From assembly GCA_963705185.1 (NCBI GenBank), contig CAVPJF010000033.1, positions 538 through 64,537 of the forward strand: a stretch of 64,000 nt of DNA. Direction: 5' to 3'. The DNA is from an uncultured Bacteroidales bacterium. GTDB taxonomy: Bacteria; Bacteroidota; Bacteroidia; Bacteroidales; JAADJA01. Within the stretch, counting starts at the first letter, position 1. Every line of letters starts with the position of its first letter. The notes under the pieces are model-generated. The model saw only the letters and a list, made by a program, of their open reading frames with translations. It was not told where the DNA came from and made no database searches. Both the position numbers and the translations under genes were made by a program. Positions 61,792 through 64,000 of this stretch are shown piece after piece.

Positions 61792-64000
61792 ATGAAAAGA
61801 TTAGTTTTTGTTGCTGTATTCGCTTTTGTCAGCTTTTATTGGTTTTAGCCAGTTAAGCAAAGATGAAATGCTTAAGAAAAATGGTGAGGTCTATTTTCAG
61901 TTCCAGGTTTCAGATAAAAAAGATATTTCGTGGATCACTAAAATCATCTCCATTGACAATGTAAGGGCAACACCGTTTTTGCTTATGCCAATGAAAAGGA
62001 AATGAGATGAATTTGAAGTCAACAGGGATTCCCTATACCTTACTACCTCATCCAAATGAAGGATTTAATCCTGTGATGAAAGATTATGATGAATTAAAAG
62101 GAACCAATGCATGGGATGCTTATCCAACTTATCACTGCCTATGTTGCAATGATGAATGCTTTTGAAACAAATTACCCCGGATTATGCGATGTATTCAGCA
62201 TTGGTACAACTGTTAACGGAAGGCAATTACTGGTTGCCAAGATTTCGGATAATGTGGTGACTGATGAAGCAGAACCCGAATTCTTTTATACTTCCACCAT
62301 GCATGGCGATGAAATTACAGGTTATGTGCTCATGTTAAGATTGATCGATTCGTTGCTGACAGCTTATTCAACATCGCCACGGATTGCCAACCTTGTAAAT
62401 AACATTGAAATCTATATTAATCCTCTTGGCAAATCCTGATGGAACTTATAAAACCGGGAACAATTCCGTTGCAGGTGCAGTCCGCTACAATGCAAATAAT
62501 GTTGATCTGAACCGTAATTTTCCTGATGTAATTAATGGACTATATATGCGAATACGCAGCCGGAAACTTTTGCTTTTATGAATTTTGCAGAAAGCAGGCA
62601 TTTTGTGATGTCCTGCAATTTTCATGGTGGAACCGAAGTTGCAATTATCCCTGGGATCATAAATATGCCTTGTGTGCCGATGATCAGCTGGTGGCAATAT
62701 GTTTGTCATGAATATGCAGATACGTGTCAGCGTATTCCCCTTCAGGCTACATGAACCTTTATGATGATGGGATTACCAATGGAGCTGCCTGGTATGTAAT
62801 TGACGGTGGACGGCAGGATTACATGAATTTTTTTCATCAATGCAGGGAATTTACCCTTGAAATTTCGGATGCCTAAATTATTCCTGCTGCAAGCCTGCCG
62901 GCTTATTGGGGCTACAACAGCCGATCTTTCCTGAATTACCTTGAGCAATGTACATTTGGAATCCGGGGAATGGTGACCGATGCCGTTACAGGACTTCCAA
63001 TTAAGCTGAAATTTTTGTTCTTAACCATGATATTGTTGGCGATAGCTCCTGGGTTTATGCTTCGCCGCTTGGGAATTATCATCGGTTGCTTAATGCCGGA
63101 ACCTATAGTGTGCGGATTTCTGCTCCATGTTATGAAACACAGGTTTTTAATAATATTTCAGTTGCAAATAAAAATGCGACCTACCTCAATGTTCAATTAG
63201 CACCACAAAGCAATGCTGTAGATTTTACTTCCAGTGCAACAACCATCAGTATTGGCGGCACAGTTTCATTTTATGACCAGTCCTGCGGTAATCCAACCAG
63301 CTGGCTTTGGTCGATCACTGGCCCCGGAACAGCTGTTTTTGTAAGCGGCACTTCCAATACTTCTCAAAATCCGGTTGTTCAGTTTAATACCGTCTGGTTC
63401 TTATACGGTTTCACTCACAGCCACCGGAGCGGGAGGAACATTTACCCAAACAAAAACAAATTATATCAATGTATCAGCATGCACTTATTGTACAACTTCT
63501 TATTCGAATACTTCCGACGATTGGATAAGCAATGTAACTTTCAATACGATCAACAACAACAGTGGCTCGACAACTTATTCAAATTTCACTTCCATTTCAA
63601 CAAATGTGAATCCCGGATCAAGCTATCCTTTGTCGGTAAACGTCACTGTAAATGGATGCCTGGGTTCAGCATGCCATTGTCTGGATCGACTGGAATAAGA
63701 ACTGCACTTTTGGTGATGCGGGCGAAACCTATGATCTTGGTCAAACTCCTGGTACTGCCGGCACGTTTACCTTGTCAACCAATGCAATGGTTCCTGCAGG
63801 AGCTTCACTCGGATCAACCCGAATGAGGGTATCCGAAAGATACAATCAGAATCCTGGACCCTGTGATGTTACAACCTATGGAGAAGCCGAAGATTATACG
63901 GTTATTGTTTCGAGTCCGGTGGTTATTCCGGTTGCGAACTTCAATGCAAGCACAATTAATTCCTATCGTTGGACAAACAGTCACTTTTACTGACCAGTCA
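61792..64000 (+). pseudogene. M14 zinc carboxypeptidase with C-terminal PKD and GEVED-like domains; heavily disrupted and 3'-partial
   Basis: Readable segments are FFYTSTMHGDEITG, NPDGTY...NANNVDLNRNFP, CNFHGGTEV, GGRQDYMN, PKD-like SGSYTVSLTATGAGG and GEAEDYTV. By manual walking I count at least 14 frame changes and one in-frame TAA (62874-62876). Confidence 0.75.

Overview
This window reads as a chromosomal segment from a member of the Bacteroidota. The evidence is a fused ccoN-ccoO cbb3 oxidase gene, gldA/gldF/gldG, porV (T9SS), an atpBEFHAG operon without atpD/atpC, TAnnTTTG-type promoter boxes and several SurA/PpiD-like chaperones. All product calls come from reading the supplied translations for family-specific motifs; no database search was possible.

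Gene content is mostly housekeeping:
- cbb3 oxidase biogenesis cluster (about 1.4-13.1 kb)
- guaB, three chaperones and moxR (17.5-24.4 kb)
- porV and ispF
- gldAFG plus a DUF4340 gene (27.7-32.0 kb)
- smpB and pdxH
- F-type ATP synthase (46.9-52.0 kb)
- ferritin, photolyase, dodecin and flavoprotein genes (52.2-56.4 kb)

Accessory content:
- an apparently intact IS3-family element with target-site duplication and an A8G -1 frameshift site
- two tandem transglutaminase-like DUF3857/3858 genes
- two large BNR/sortilin-like paralogues
- an EEP-dockerin gene and a DUF1566 gene wedged into the cbb3 cluster
- a compact DUF559 endonuclease gene bracketed by inverted G/C-run hairpin repeats

I recognised no rRNA, tRNA or CRISPR array.

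Two window-wide peculiarities stand out:
1. About 20 genes, including atpA, ccoG, ccoI, porV, surA and gldG, have broken reading frames as assembled. The breaks cluster in an all-or-none way. Many, but not all, fall in homopolymer runs, and there are also two in-frame nonsense codons.
2. Many intergenic spacers are built from 7-nt-periodic degenerate repeats (AAATCnn and GTTCRAA types), which I cannot assign to any described element class.

The best candidate for something undescribed is the REPtron-like DUF559 cassette at 60.07-60.55 kb. The heptad spacer family and the CCAC-ATAG hairpin repeat come next.
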